NCBI GenBank assembly: GCA_964016885.1
Contig: OZ024741.1
Span: 257,362,001 to 257,426,000, forward strand
Length of the DNA: 64,000 nucleotides
Direction of reading: 5' to 3'
Source of the DNA: Eledone cirrhosa
Lineage: Eukaryota
The notes under the pieces are model-generated. The model ran no database searches. It saw only the letters and a program-made list of their open reading frames with translations, and was not told where the DNA came from. Both the position numbers and the translations under genes were made by a program. Positions 27,767 through 42,461 of the stretch are shown in pieces. Positions within the stretch are counted from its first letter, which is position 1. Each line of letters begins with the position of its first letter.

Positions 27767-28503
27767 TATATAAACGTTTCTATTTCCATCGTTTTATCGT
27801 AAACGTTTATATATTTCCATCGTTATATCATAACGTTTATATTTCCGTCACTAATCTCTTTTTCTCCTTTTCCGATTTAACATATATTTATTTCAAAGAT
27901 TTCACCGTATAGATAACATATATATTTATACATGCATAAAAGACACACCGAGAGACGGTGAAAATGTGGTGCCAAAAACATTTCTCATCCAAATCTCAAC
28001 AATATCAGTATATACACTAGATTTGCTAGCAGAAAACCGCCCACCGGGTGGTTTTCTGCTATTCTATATATATAAAACTGAGGATGTCTGTCTGTGTGTG
28101 AGTTTGAATCCCTAAAACTCGAGAACCACCCAACCGACTGTTTTCAATCTTTACACATGTAATACTTATGTTTCAGGGAGTGTTCTGAGCAAAAAATATT
28201 TCAAATTTTCAATGCCGTAGGGACCACATTAAGCGATTTAGCGATCTCTCTCTATAATTCTTAGTCTTTCTCTTTTTAGATAGATACATACATATAACGT
28301 CGTGCCCTTATAATATCTGTCTGTATGTCTGGCTGTCTGCATTACGTCACTTCCCTGAGGATGTCTGTGTGTGTGTGTGTGTCTGTGAGTTTGAATCCCT
28401 AAAATGCGAGAAGTACCCAACCGATTTTTTTCAAACTTTACATGTGTATTACTTATGTTTCAGGGAGTGTTTGTTATGCACATAAAATTCAACCTTTTGA
28501 TCT
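27767..28503 (+). mobile_element. Cassette copy 7
   Basis: Near-identical; TTCAATCTT and GGACCAC alleles. Confidence 0.6.
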
Positions 28504-31500
28504 GGTGTTTTGAATTACGAGTGTTTCTATACGAGTGTTTCGACTTACGAGTGTTCTGACTTACGAGTGTTCTGACTTACGAGCGTTCTGACATACGAGT
28601 GTTCCGACTTACGAGTGTTTCGGCTTACGAGTGTTTCGACTTACGAGTGTTCTGACTTACGAGTGTTTCGACTTACGAGCGTTCCGACTTACGAGTGTTT
28701 CGGCTTACGAGTGTTCCGACTTACGAGTGTTTCGAATAACGAGTGTTTCGGCTTACGAGCGTTTCGACTTACGAGTGTTCTGACTTACGAGTGTTCCGAC
28801 TTACGAGCGTTCCGACTTACGAGTGTTTCGACTTACGAGTGTTAAGACTTACGGGTGTTTTGACATACGAGTGTTTCGATACGAGTGTTTCGACTTACGA
28901 GTGTTACGAGTGTTCTGACTTACGAGTGTTTCGACTTACGAGTGTTCTGACCTACGAGTGTTCTGACTTACGAGTGTTTCGACTTACGAGTGTTTTGACT
29001 TACGGGTGTTTCGACTTACGAGTGTTTCGACTTACGAGTGTTTCGAGTTACGAGTGTTTCGACTTACGAGTGTTTTGATTTACGAATGTTCTGACTTACG
29101 GGTGTTTCGGCTTACGAGTGTTTCGACTTACGAGTGTTTTAACTTACGGGTGTTTCGACTTACACGTGTTTCGACTTGCGAGTGTTTCGACTTACGAGTA
29201 TTTCGACTTACGAGTGTTTCGACTTACGAGTGTTCTGACTTACGGGTGTTCCGACTTACGAGTGTTTCGGCTTACGATTATTTTGACTTACGATTGTTTG
29301 GCTTACGAATGTTTCGACTTACGAGTGTTTCGACTTACGAGTGTTTTGACTTACGGTGTTTCGGCTTACGAGTGTTTCGACTTACGAGTGTTTTGACTTA
29401 CGGGTGTTTTGACATACGAGTGTTTCGATACGAGTGTTCTGACTTACGAGTGTTCTGACTTACGAGTGTTCTGACTTACGGGTGTTCTGACTTACGAGTG
29501 TTCCGACTTACGAGTGTTTCGGCTTATGAGGGTTTCGATTTACGAGTGCTTCGGCTTACGAGTGTTTCGACTTACGAGTGTTTCGGCTTACGAGTGTTTC
29601 GACTTACGAATGTTTTGACTTACGAGTGTTTCGGCTTACGAGTGTTTCGACTTACGAGTGTTTCGACTTACGAGTGTTTTGACTTACGGTGTTTCGGCTT
29701 ACGAGTGTTTCGACATACGAGTGTTTTGACGTACGGGTGTTTCGACTTAGGGGTGTTTCGACTTAAGAGTGTTTCGACTTACGAGCGCTTCGACTTACGA
29801 GTGTTTCGACTTACGAGTGTTTCGGCGTATGAGTGTTTTGACTTACGAGTGTTTCGACTTACGAGTGTTTCGACTTACGAGTGTTTCGACTTACGAGTGT
29901 TTCGACTTACGAGTGTTCTGACCTACGAGTGTTCTGACTTACGAGTGTTTCGGCTTACGAGTGTTTCGAATTACGAAAATAACAAGTAGACGCGGTTTCA
30001 AATATCTATGATTTTCAAATTCATTACATTAATCTTTATTTATACGTTTCACTTTACGAGTGTTTCGGCGTACGAGTGTTTCGACTTACGAGTGTTTTGA
30101 CTTACGTGTGTTTCGGCTTACGAGTGTTTTGACTTACGAGTGTTTTGACTTACGGGTGTTTCGGCTTACGAGTGTTTCGACTTACGAGTGTTCTGACTTA
30201 CGAGTGTTCCGACTTACGAGCGTTCCGACTTACGAGTGTTTCGGCTTACGAGTGTTCCGACTTACGAGTGTTTCGACTTACGAGTGTTTTGACTTAAGGT
30301 GTTTCGGCTTAACAGTGTTTTGACTTACGAGTGTTTTGACTTACGGGTGTTTTGACATACGAGTGTTTCGGTACGAGTGTTCTGACTTACGAGTGTTCTG
30401 ACTTACGAGTGTTCTGACTTACGAGTGGTCTGACTTACGGGTGTTCTGACTTACGAGTGTTCCGACTTACGAGTGTTTCAGCTTATGAGTGTTTCGACTT
30501 ACGAGTGCTTCGGTTTACGAGTGTTTCGACTTACGAGTGTTTTGGCTTACGAGGGTTTCGACTTACGAATGTTTTGGCTTACGGGTGTTTCGGCTTACGA
30601 GTGTTTCGGCTTATGAGTGTTTCGACTTACGAGTGTTTTGACTTATGGTGTTTCGGCTTACGAGTGTTTCGACATACGAGTGTTTTGACTTACGGGTGTT
30701 TCGACTTACGGGTGTTTCGACGTAAGAGTGTTTCGACTTACGAGCGCTTCGACTTACGAGTTTTTCGACTTACGAGTGTTTCGGCGTACGAGTGTTTTGA
30801 CTTACGAGTGTTTCGACTTACGAGTGTTTCGACTTACGAGTGTTCCTACTTACGAGTGTTTCGACTTACGAGTGTTTCGACTTGCGAGTATTTCGACTTG
30901 CGAGTGTTTCGACTTACGAGTGTTTCGACTTACGAGTGTTCTGACTTACGAGTGTTCTGACTTACGAATGTTCTGACTTACGGGTGTTTCGCCTTACGAG
31001 TGTTTCGACTTACGAGTGTTTTAACTTACGGGTGTTTCGACTTACGCGTGTTTCGACTTACGAGTGTTTCGACTTACGAATGTTCCGACTTACGAGTGTT
31101 TCTACTTACGAGTGTTTCGGCTTACGAGTGTTTCGACTTACGAAAATAACAAATAGACGCGGTTTCAAATATCTATGCTTTTCAAATTCATTACATTAAT
31201 CTTTATTAATACGTTTCGCTTTACGAGTGTTTCGGCTTACGAGTGTTTAGGTGTTTCGGCTTACGTGTGTTTCAACTTACGAGTGTTTCGACTTACGAGT
31301 GTTTCGGCTTATGAGTGTTTCGACTTACGAGTGCTTCGGCTTACGAGTGTTTCGACTTACGAGTGTTTCGGCTTACGAGTGTTTCGACGTACGAATGTTT
31401 TGGCTTACGAGTGTTTCCGCTTATGAGTGTTTCGACTTAAGAGTGTTTCGACTTACGAGTGTTTCAGTGTTTCGGCTTACGTGTGTTTCGACTTACGAGT

Positions 31501-31559
31501 GTTTCGACTTACGAGTGTTTCGGCTTACGAGTGTTTCGGCTTACGAGTGTTTCGGCTTA

Positions 31560-32296
31560 TATATAAACGTTTCTATTTCCATCGTTTTATCGTAAACGTT
31601 TATATATTTCCATCGTTATATCATAACGTTTATATTTCCGTCACTAATCTCTTTTTCTCCTTTTCCGTTTTAATATATATTTATTTCAAAGATTTCACCG
31701 TATAGATAACATATATATTTATACATGCATAAAAGACACACCGAGAGACGGTGAAAATGTGGTGCCAAAAACATTTCTCATCCAAATCTCAACAATATCA
31801 GTATATACACTAGATTTGCTAGCAGAAAACCGCCCACCGGGTGGTTTTCTGCTATTCTATATATATAAAACTGAGGATGTCTGTCTGTGTGTGAGTTTGA
31901 ATCCCTAAAACTCGAGAACCACCCAACCGACTGTTTTCAAACTTTACACATGTAATACTTATGTTTCTGGGAGTGTTCTGAGCAAAAAATATTTCAAATT
32001 TTCAATGCCGTAGGGACAACATTAGGCGATTTAGCGATCTCTCTCTATAATTCTTAGTCTTTCTCTTTTTAGATAGATACATACATATAACGTCGTGCCC
32101 TTATAATATCTGTCTGTATGTCTGGCTGTCTGCATTACGTCACTTCCCTGAGGATGTCTGTGTGTGTGTGTGTGTCTGTGAGTTTGAATCCCTAAAATGC
32201 GAGAAGTACCCAACCGATTTTTTTCAAACTTTACATGTGTATTACTTATGTTTCAGGGAGTGTTTGTTATGCACATAAAATTCAACCTTTTGATCT
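31560..32296 (+). mobile_element. Cassette copy 8
   Basis: Near-identical; TTTCTGGG and GGACAAC alleles. Confidence 0.6.
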
Positions 32297-34832
32297 GGTG
32301 TTTTGAATTACGAGTGTTTCGATACGAGTGTTTCGACTTACGAGTGTTCTGACTTACGAGTGTTCTGACTTACGAGCGTTCTGACTTACGAGTGTTCCGA
32401 CTTACGAGTGTTTCGGCTTACGAGTGTTTCGACTTACGAGTGTTCTGACTTACGAGTGTTTCGACTTACGAGCGTTCCGACTTACGAGTGTTTCGGCTTA
32501 CGAGTGTTCCGACTTACGAGTGTTTCGACTAACGAGTGTTTCGGCTTACGAGTGTTTCGACTTACGAGTGTTCTGACTTACGAGTGTTCCGACTTACGAG
32601 CGTTCCGACTTACGAGTGTTTCGACTTACGAGTGTTAAGACTTACGGGTGTTTTGACATACGAGTGTTTCGGCTTACGATTGTTTTGACTTACAATTGTT
32701 TGGCTTACGAATGTTTCGACTTACGAGTGTTTCGACTTACGAGTGTTTTGACTTACGGTGTTTCGGCTTACGAGTGTTTCGACTTACGAGTGTTTTGACT
32801 TACGTGTGTTTTGACATACGAGTGTTTCGATACGAGTGTTCTGACTTACGAGTGTTCTGACTTACGAGTGTTCCGACTTACGAGTGTTTCGGCTTATGAG
32901 GGTTTCGACTTACGAGTGCTTCGGCTTACGAGTGTTTCGACTTACGAGTGTTTCGGCTTACGAGTGTTTCGACTTACGAATGTTTTGGCTTACGAGTGTT
33001 TCGGCTTACGAGTGTTTCGACTTACGAGTGTTTCAACTTACGAGTGTTTTGACTTATGGTGTTTCGAATTACGAGTGTTTCGACTTACGAGTGTTTTGAC
33101 TTACGGTGTTTCGGCTTACGAGTGTTTCGACTTACGAGTGTTTTAACTTACGGGTGTTTCGACTTACGCGTGTTTCGACTTACGAATGTTCCGACTTACG
33201 AGTGTTTCGACTTACGAGTGTTTCGGCTTACGAGTGTTTCGAATTACGAAAATAACAAGTAGACGCGGTTTCAAATATCTATGATTTTCAAATTCATTAC
33301 ATTAATCTTTATTTATACGTTTCACTTTACGAGTGTTTCGGCGTACGAGTGTTTCGACTTACGAGTGTTTTGACTTACGTGTGTTTCGGCTTACGAGTGT
33401 TTTGACTTACGAGTGTTTTGACTTACGGGTGTTTCGGCTTACGAGTGTTTCGACTTACGAGTGTTCTGACTTACGAGTGTTCCGACTTACGAGCGTTCCG
33501 ACTTACGAGTGTTTCGGCTTACGAGTGTTCCGACTTACGAGTGTTTCGACTTACGAGTGTTTTGACTTAAGGTGTTTCGGCTTAACAGTGTTTTGACTTA
33601 CGAGTGTTTTGACTTATGGGTGTTTTGACATACGAGTGTTTCGGTACGAGTGTTCTGACTTACGAGTGTTCTGACTTACGAGTGTTCTGACTTACGAGTG
33701 GTCTGACTTACGGGTGTTCTGACTTACGAGTGTTCCGACTTACGAGTGTTTCAGCTTATGAGTGTTTCGACTTACGAGTGCTTCGGTTTACGAGTGTTTC
33801 GACTTACGAGTGTTTTGGCTTACGAGGGTTTCGACTTACGAATGTTTTGGCTTACGGGTGTTTCGGCTTACGAGTGTTTCGGCTTATGAGTGTTTCGACT
33901 TACGAGTGTTTTGACTTATGGTGTTTCGGCTTACGAGTGTTTCGACATACGAGTGTTTTGACTTACGGGTGTTTCGACTTACGGGTGTTTCGACGTAAGA
34001 GTGTTTCGACTTACGAGCGCTTCGACTTACGAGTGTTTCGACTTACGAGTGTTTCGGCGTACGAGTGTTTTGACTTACGAGTGTTTCGACTTACGAGTGT
34101 TTCGACTTACGAGTGTTCCTACTTACGAGTGTTTCGACTTACGAGTGTTTCGACTTGCGAGTATTTCGACTTGCGAGTGTTTCGACTTACGAGTGTTTCG
34201 ACTTACGAGTGTTCTGACTTACGAGTGTTCTGACTTACGAATGTTCTGACTTACGGGTGTTTCGCCTTACGAGTGTTTCGACTTACGAGTGTTTTAACTT
34301 ACGGGTGTTTCGACTTACGCGTGTTTCGACTTACGAGTGTTTCGACTTACGAATGTTCCGACTTACGAGTGTTTCTACTTACGAGTGTTTCGGCTTACGA
34401 GTGTTTTGACTTACGAAAATAACAAATAGACGCGGTTTCAAATATCTATGCTTTTCAAATTCATTACATTAATCTTTATTAATACGTTTCGCTTTACGAG
34501 TGTTTCGGCTTACGAGTGTTTAGGTGTTTCGGCTTACGTGTGTTTCAACTTACGAGTGTTTCGACTTACGAGTGTTTCGGCTTATGAGTGTTTCGACTTA
34601 CGAGTGCTTCGGCTTACGAGTGTTTCGACTTACGAGTGTTTCGGCTTACGAGTGTTTCGACGTACGAATGTTTTGGCTTACGAGTGTTTCCGCTTATGAG
34701 TGTTTCGACTTAAGAGTGTTTCGACTTACGAGTGTTTCAGTGTTTCGGCTTACGTGTGTTTCGACTTACGAGTGTTTCGACTTACGAGTGTTTCGGCTTA
34801 CGAGTGTTTCGGCTTACGAGTGTTTCGGCTTA

Positions 34833-35569
34833 TATATAAACGTTTCTATTTCCATCGTTTTATCGTAAACGTTTATATATTTCCATCGTTATATCATAAC
34901 GTTTATATTTCCGTCACTAATCTCTTTTTCTCCTTTTCCGATTTAACATATATTTATTTCAAAGATTTCACCGTATAGATAACATATATATTTATACATG
35001 CATAAAAGACACACCGAGAGACGGTGAAAATGTGGTGCCAAAAACATTTCTCATCCAAATCTCAACAATATCAGTATATACACTAGATTTGCTAGCAGAA
35101 AACCGCCCACCGGGTGGTTTTCTGCTATTCTATATATATAAAACTGAGGATGTCTGTCTGTGTGTGAGTTTGAATCCCTAAAACTCGAGAACCACCCAAC
35201 CGACTGTTTTCAATCTTTACACATGTAATACTTATGTTTCAGGGAGTGTTCTGAGCAAAAAATATTTCAAATTTTCAATGCCGTAGGGACCACATTAAGC
35301 GATTTAGCGATCTCTCTCTATAATTCTTAGTCTTTCTCTTTTTAGATAGATACATACATATAACGTCGTGCCCTTATAATATCTGTCTGTATGTCTGGCT
35401 GTCTGCATTACGTCACTTCCCTGAGGATGTCTGTGTGTGTGTGTGTGTCTGTGAGTTTGAATCCCTAAAATGCGAGAAGTACCCAACCGATTTTTTTCAA
35501 ACTTTACATGTGTATTACTTATGTTTCAGGGAGTGTTTGTTATGCACATAAAATTCAACCTTTTGATCT
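34833..35569 (+). mobile_element. Cassette copy 9
   Basis: Same allele as copy 7. Confidence 0.6.
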
Positions 35570-38500
35570 GGTGTTTTGAATTACGAGTGTTTCTATACGA
35601 GTGTTTCGACTTACGAGTGTTCTGACTTACGAGTGTTCTGACTTACGAGCGTTCTGACTTACGAGTGTTCCGACTTACGAGTGTTTCGGCTTACGAGTGT
35701 TTCGACTTACGAGTGTTCTGACTTACGAGTGTTTCGACTTACGAGCGTTCCGACTTACGAGTGTTTCGGCTTACGAGTGTTCCGACTTACGAGTGTTTCG
35801 AATAACGAGTGTTTCGGCTTACGAGCGTTTCGACTTACGAGTGTTCTGACTTACGAGTGTTCCGACTTACGAGCGTTCCGACTTACGAGTGTTTCGACTT
35901 ACGAGTGTTAAGACTTACGGGTGTTTTGACATACGAGTGTTTCGATACGAGTGTTTCGACTTACGAGTGTTACGAGTGTTCTGACTTACGAGTGTTTCGA
36001 CTTACGAGTGTTCTGACCTACGAGTGTTCTGACTTACGAGTGTTTCGACTTACGAGTGTTTTGACTTACGGGTGTTTCGACTTACGAGTGTTTCGACTTA
36101 CGAGTGTTTCGAGTTACGAGTGTTTCGACTTACGAGTGTTTTGATTTACGAATGTTCTGACTTACGGGTGTTTCGGCTTACGAGTGTTTCGACTTACGAG
36201 TGTTTTAACTTACGGGTGTTTCGACTTACACGTGTTTCGACTTGCGAGTGTTTCGACTTACGAGTATTTCGACTTACGAGTGTTTCGACTTACGAGTGTT
36301 CTGACTTACGGGTGTTCCGACTTACGAGTGTTTCGGCTTACGATTATTTTGACTTACGATTGTTTGGCTTACGAATGTTTCGACTTACGAGTGTTTCGAC
36401 TTACGAGTGTTTTGACTTACGGTGTTTCGGCTTACGAGTGTTTCGACTTACGAGTGTTTTGACTTACGTGTGTTTTGACATACGAGTGTTTCGATACGAG
36501 TGTTCTGACTTACGAGTGTTCTGACTTACGAGTGTTCTGACTTACGGGTGTTCTGACTTACGAGTGTTCCGACTTACGAGTGTTTCGGCTTATGAGGGTT
36601 TCGATTTACGAGTGCTTCGGCTTACGAGTGTTTCGACTTACGAGTGTTTCGGCTTACGAGTGTTTCGACTTACGAATGTTTTGACTTACGAGTGTTTCGG
36701 CTTACGAGTGTTTCGACTTACGAGTGTTTCGACTTACGAGTGTTTTGACTTACGGTGTTTCGGCTTACGAGTGTTTCGACATACGAGTGTTTTGACGTAC
36801 GGGTGTTTCGACTTAGGGGTGTTTCGACTTAAGAGTGTTTCGACTTACGAGCGCTTCGACTTACGAGTGTTTCGACTTACGAGTGTTTCGGCGTACGAGT
36901 GTTTCGACTTACGAGTGTTTCGACTTACGAGTGTTTCGACTTACGAGTGTTTCGACTTACGAGTGTTCTGACCTACGAGTGTTCTGACTTACGAGTGTTT
37001 CGGCTTACGAGTGTTTCGAATTACGAAAATAACAAGTAGACGCGGTTTCAAATATCTATGATTTTCAAATTCATTACATTAATCTTTATTTATACGTTTC
37101 ACTTTACGAGTGTTTCGGCGTACGAGTGTTTCGACTTACGAGTGTTTTGACTTACGTGTGTTTCGGCTTACGAGTGTTTTGACTTACGAGTGTTTTGACT
37201 TACGGGTGTTTCGGCTTACGAGTGTTTCGACTTACGAGTGTTCTGACTTACGAGTGTTCCGACTTACGAGCGTTCCGACTTACGAGTGTTTCGGCTTACG
37301 AGTGTTCCGACTTACGAGTGTTTCGACTTACGAGTGTTTTGACTTAAGGTGTTTCGGCTTAACAGTGTTTTGACTTACGAGTGTTTTGACTTACGGGTGT
37401 TTTGACATACGAGTGTTTCGGTACGAGTGTTCTGACTTACGAGTGTTCTGACTTACGAGTGTTCTGACTTACGAGTGGTCTGACTTACGGGTGTTCTGAC
37501 TTACGAGTGTTCCGACTTACGAGTGTTTCAGCTTATGAGTGTTTCGACTTACGAGTGCTTCGGTTTACGAGTGTTTCGACTTACGAGTGTTTTGGCTTAC
37601 GAGGGTTTCGACTTACGAATGTTTTGGCTTACGGGTGTTTCGGCTTACGAGTGTTTCGGCTTATGAGTGTTTCGACTTACGAGTGTTTTGACTTATGGTG
37701 TTTCGGCTTACGAGTGTTTTGACTTATGGTGTTTCGGCTTACGAGTGTTTCGACATACGAGTGTTTTGACTTACGGGTGTTTCGACTTACGGGTGTTTCG
37801 ACGTAAGAGTGTTTCGACTTACGAGCGCTTCGACTTACGAGTTTTTCGACTTACGAGTGTTTCGGCGTACGAGTGTTTTGACTTACGAGTGTTTCGACTT
37901 ACGAGTGTTTCGACTTACGAGTGTTCCTACTTACGAGTGTTTCGACTTACGAGTGTTTCGACTTGCGAGTATTTCGACTTGCGAGTGTTTCGACTTACGA
38001 GTGTTTCGACTTACGAGTGTTCTGACTTACGAGTGTTCTGACTTACGAATGTTCTGACTTACGGGTGTTTCGCCTTACGAGTGTTTCGACTTACGAGTGT
38101 TTTAACTTACGGGTGTTTCGACTTACGCGTGTTTCGACTTACGAGTGTTTCGACTTACGAATGTTCCGACTTACGAGTGTTTCTACTTACGAGTGTTTCG
38201 GCTTACGAGTGTTTCGACTTACGAAAATAACAAATAGACGCGGTTTCAAATATCTATGCTTTTCAAATTCATTACATTAATCTTTATTAATACGTTTCGC
38301 TTTACGAGTGTTTCGGCTTACGAGTGTTTAGGTGTTTCGGCTTACGTGTGTTTCAACTTACGAGTGTTTCGACTTACGAGTGTTTCGGCTTATGAGTGTT
38401 TCGACTTACGAGTGCTTCGGCTTACGAGTGTTTCGACTTACGAGTGTTTCGGCTTACGAGTGTTTCGACGTACGAATGTTTTGGCTTACGAGTGTTTCCG

Positions 38501-38640
38501 CTTATGAGTGTTTCGACTTAAGAGTGTTTCGACTTACGAGTGTTTCAGTGTTTCGGCTTACGTGTGTTTCGACTTACGAGTGTTTCGACTTACGAGTGTT
38601 TCGGCTTACGAGTGTTTCGGCTTACGAGTGTTTCGGCTTA

Positions 38641-39371
38641 TATATAAACGTTTCTATTTCCATCGTTTTATCGTAAACGTTTATATATTTCCATCGTTAT
38701 ATCATAACGTTTATATTTCCGTCACTAATCTCTTTTTCTCCTTTTCCGATTTAACATATATTTATTTCAAAGATTTCACCGTATAGATAACATATATATT
38801 TATACATGCATAAAAGACACACCGAGAGACGGTGAAAATGTGGTGCCAAAAACATTTCTCATCCAAATCTCAACAATATCAGTATATACACTAGATTTGC
38901 TAGCAGAAAACCGCCCACCGGGTGGTTTTCTGCTATTCTATATATATAAAACTGAGGATGTCTGTCTGTGTGTGAGTTTGAATCCCTAAAACTCGAGAAC
39001 CACCCAACCGACTGTTTTCAAACTTTACACATGTAATACTTATGTTTCTGGGAGTGTTCTGAGCAAAAAATATTTCAAATTTTCAATGCCGTAGGGACCA
39101 CATTAAGCGATTTAGCGATCTCTCTCTATAATTCTTAGTCTTTCTCTTTTTAGATAGATACATACATATAACGTCGTGCCCTTATAATATCTGTCTGTAT
39201 GTCTGGCTGTCTGCATTACGTCACTTCCCTGAGGATGTCTGTGTGTGTGTCTGTGAGTTTGAATCCCTAAAATGCGAGAAGTACCCAACCGATTTTTTTC
39301 AAACTTTACATGTGTATTACTTATGTTTCAGGGAGTGTTTGTTATGCACATAAAATTCAACCTTTTGATCT
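38641..39371 (+). mobile_element. Cassette copy 10 (mosaic; GT tract 6 bp shorter)
   Basis: TTTCTGGG allele combined with the GGACCAC allele. Confidence 0.6.
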
Positions 39372-41724
39372 GGTGTTTTGAATTACGAGTGTTTCGATAC
39401 GAGTGTTTCGACTTACGAGTGTTCTGACTTACGAGTGTTCTGACTTACGAGCGTTCTGACTTACGAGTGTTCCGACTTACGAGTGTTTCGGCTTACGAGT
39501 GTTTCGACTTACGAGTGTTCTGACTTACGAGTGTTTCGACTTACGAGCGTTCCGACTTACGAGTGTTTCGGCTTACGAGTGTTCCGACTTACGAGTGTTT
39601 CGAATAACGAGTGTTTCGGCTTACGAGCGTTTCGACTTACGAGTGTTCTGACTTACGAGTGTTCCGACTTACGAGCGTTCCGACTTACGAGTGTTTCGAC
39701 TTACGAGTGTTAAGACTTACGGGTGTTTTGACATACGAGTGTTTCGATACGAGTGTTTCGACTTACGAGTGTTACGAGTGTTCTGACTTACGAGTGTTTC
39801 GACTTACGAGTGTTCTGACCTACGAGTGTTCTGACTTACGAGTGTTTCGACTTACGAGTGTTTTGACTTACGGGTGTTTCGACTTACGAGTGTTTCGACT
39901 TACGAGTGTTTCGAGTTACGAGTGTTTCGACTTACGAGTGTTTTGACTTACGAATGTTCTGACTTACGGGTGTTTCGGCTTACGAGTGTTTCGACTTACG
40001 AGTGTTTTAACTTACGGGTGTTTCGACTTACACGTGTTTCGACTTGCGAGTGTTTCGACTTACGAGTATTTCGACTTACGAGTGTTTCGACTTACGAGTG
40101 TTCTGACTTACGGGTGTTCCGACTTACGAGTGTTTCGGCTTACGATTATTTTGACTTACGATTGTTTGGCTTACGAATGTTTCGACTTACGAGTGTTTCG
40201 ACTTACGAGTGTTTTGACTTACGGTGTTTCGGCTTACGAGTGTTTCGACTTACGAGTGTTTTGACTTACGGGTGTTTTGACATACGAGTGTTTCGATACG
40301 AGTGTTCTGACTTACGAGTGTTCTGACTTACGAGTGTTCTGACTTACGGGTGTTCTGACTTACGAGTGTTCCGACTTACGAGTGTTTCGGCTTATGAGGG
40401 TTTCGATTTACGAGTGCTTCGGCTTACGAGTGTTTCGACTTACGAGTGTTTCGGCTTACGAGTGTTTCGACTTACGAATGTTTTGACTTACGAGTGTTTC
40501 GGCTTACGAGTGTTTCGACTTACGAGTGTTTCGACTTACGAGTGTTTTGACTTACGGTGTTTCGGCTTACGAGTGTTTCGACATACAAGTGTTTTGACGT
40601 ACGGGTGTTTCGACTTACGGGTGTTTCGACTTAAGAGTGTTTCGACTTACGAGCGCTTCGACTTACGAGTGTTTCGACTTACGAGTGTTTCGGCGTATGA
40701 GTGTTTTGACTTACGAGTGTTTCGACTTACGAGTGTTTCGACTTACGAGTGTTTCGACTTACGAGTGTTTCGACTTACGAGTGTTCTGACCTACGAGTGT
40801 TCTGACTTACGAGTGTTTCGACTTACGAGTGTTTTGACTTACGGGTGTTTCGACTTACGAGTGTTTCGAGTTACGAGTGTTTCGAGTTACGAGTGTTTCG
40901 ACTTACGAGTGTTTTTACTTACGAATGTTCTGACTTACGGGTGTTTCGGCTTACGAGTGTTTCGACTTACGAGTGTTTTAACTTACGGGTGTTTCTACTT
41001 ACGCGTGTTTCGACTTGCAAGTGTTTCGACTTATGAGTGTTTCGACTTGCAAGTGTTTCGACAACGAATGTTCCGACTTACGAGTGTTTCGACTTACGAG
41101 TGTTTCGACTTACGAGTGTTCTGACTTACGGGTGTTCCGACTTACGAGTGTTTCGGCTTACGATTGTTTTGACTTACGATCGTTTTGGCTACGAATGTTT
41201 CGACTTACGAGTGTTTCGACTTACGAGTGTTTTGACTTACGGTGTTTCTGCTTACGAGTGTTTCGACTTACGAGTGTTTTGACTTACGGGTGTTTTGACA
41301 TACGAGTGTTTCGATACGAGTGTTCTGACTTACGAGTGTTCTGACTTACGAGTGTTCTGACTTACGAGTGTTCTGACTTACGAGTGTTCTGACTTACGGG
41401 TGTTCTGACTTACGAGTGTTCCGACTTACGAGTGTTTCGGCTTATGAGGGTTTCGACTTACGAGTGCTTCGGCTTACGAGTGTTTCGGCTTACGAGTGTT
41501 TCGACTTACGAGTGTTTCGGCTTACGAGTGTTTCGACGTACGAATGTTTTGGCTTACGAGTGTTTCGGCTTATGAGTGTTTCGACTTACGAGTGTTTCGA
41601 CTTACGAGTGTTTCGGCTTACGAGTGTTTCAGTGTTTCGGCTTACGTGTGTTTCGACTTACGAGTGTTTCGACTTACGAGTGTTTCGGCTTACGAGTGTT
41701 TCGGCTTACGAGTGTTTCGGCTTA

Positions 41725-42461
41725 TATATAAACGTTTCTATTTCCATCGTTTTATCGTAAACGTTTATATATTTCCATCGTTATATCATAACGTTTATAT
41801 TTCCGTCACTAATCTCTTTTTCTCCTTTTCCGTTTTAATATATATTTATTTCAAAGATTTCACCGTATAGATAACATATATATTTATACATGCATAAAAG
41901 ACACACCGAGAGACGGTGAAAATGTGGTGCCAAAAACATTTCTCATCCAAATCTCAACAATATCAGTATATACACTAGATTTGCTAGCAGAAAACCGCCC
42001 ACCGGGTGGTTTTCTGCTATTCTATATATATAAAACTGAGGATGTCTGTCTGTGTGTGAGTTTGAATCCCTAAAACTCGAGAACCACCCAACCGACTGTT
42101 TTCAAACTTTACACATGTAATACTTATGTTTCAGAGAGTGTTCTGAGCAAAAAATATTTCAAATTTTCAATGCCGTAGGGACAACATTAGGCGATTTAGC
42201 GATCTCTCTCTATAATTCTTAGTCTTTCTCTTTTTAGATAGATACATACATATAACGTCGTGCCCTTATAATATCTGTCTGTATGTCTGGCTGTCTGCAT
42301 TACGTCACTTCCCTGAGGATGTCTGTGTGTGTGTGTGTGTCTGTGAGTTTGAATCCCTAAAATGCGAGAAGTACCCAACCGATTTTTTTCAAACTTTACA
42401 TGTGTATTACTTATGTTTCAGGGAGTGTTTGTTATGCACATAAAATTCAACCTTTTGATCT
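41725..42461 (+). mobile_element. Cassette copy 11
   Basis: Near-identical; TTTCAGAGAG allele. Confidence 0.6.

Larger units (their letters stand above)
24494..38640. repeat. Higher-order repeat of ~7.07 kb (two cassette units), ~2 copies
   Basis: Cassette spacings are 3273, 3793, 3273, 3808, with alternating diagnostic SNPs. Confidence 0.85.
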
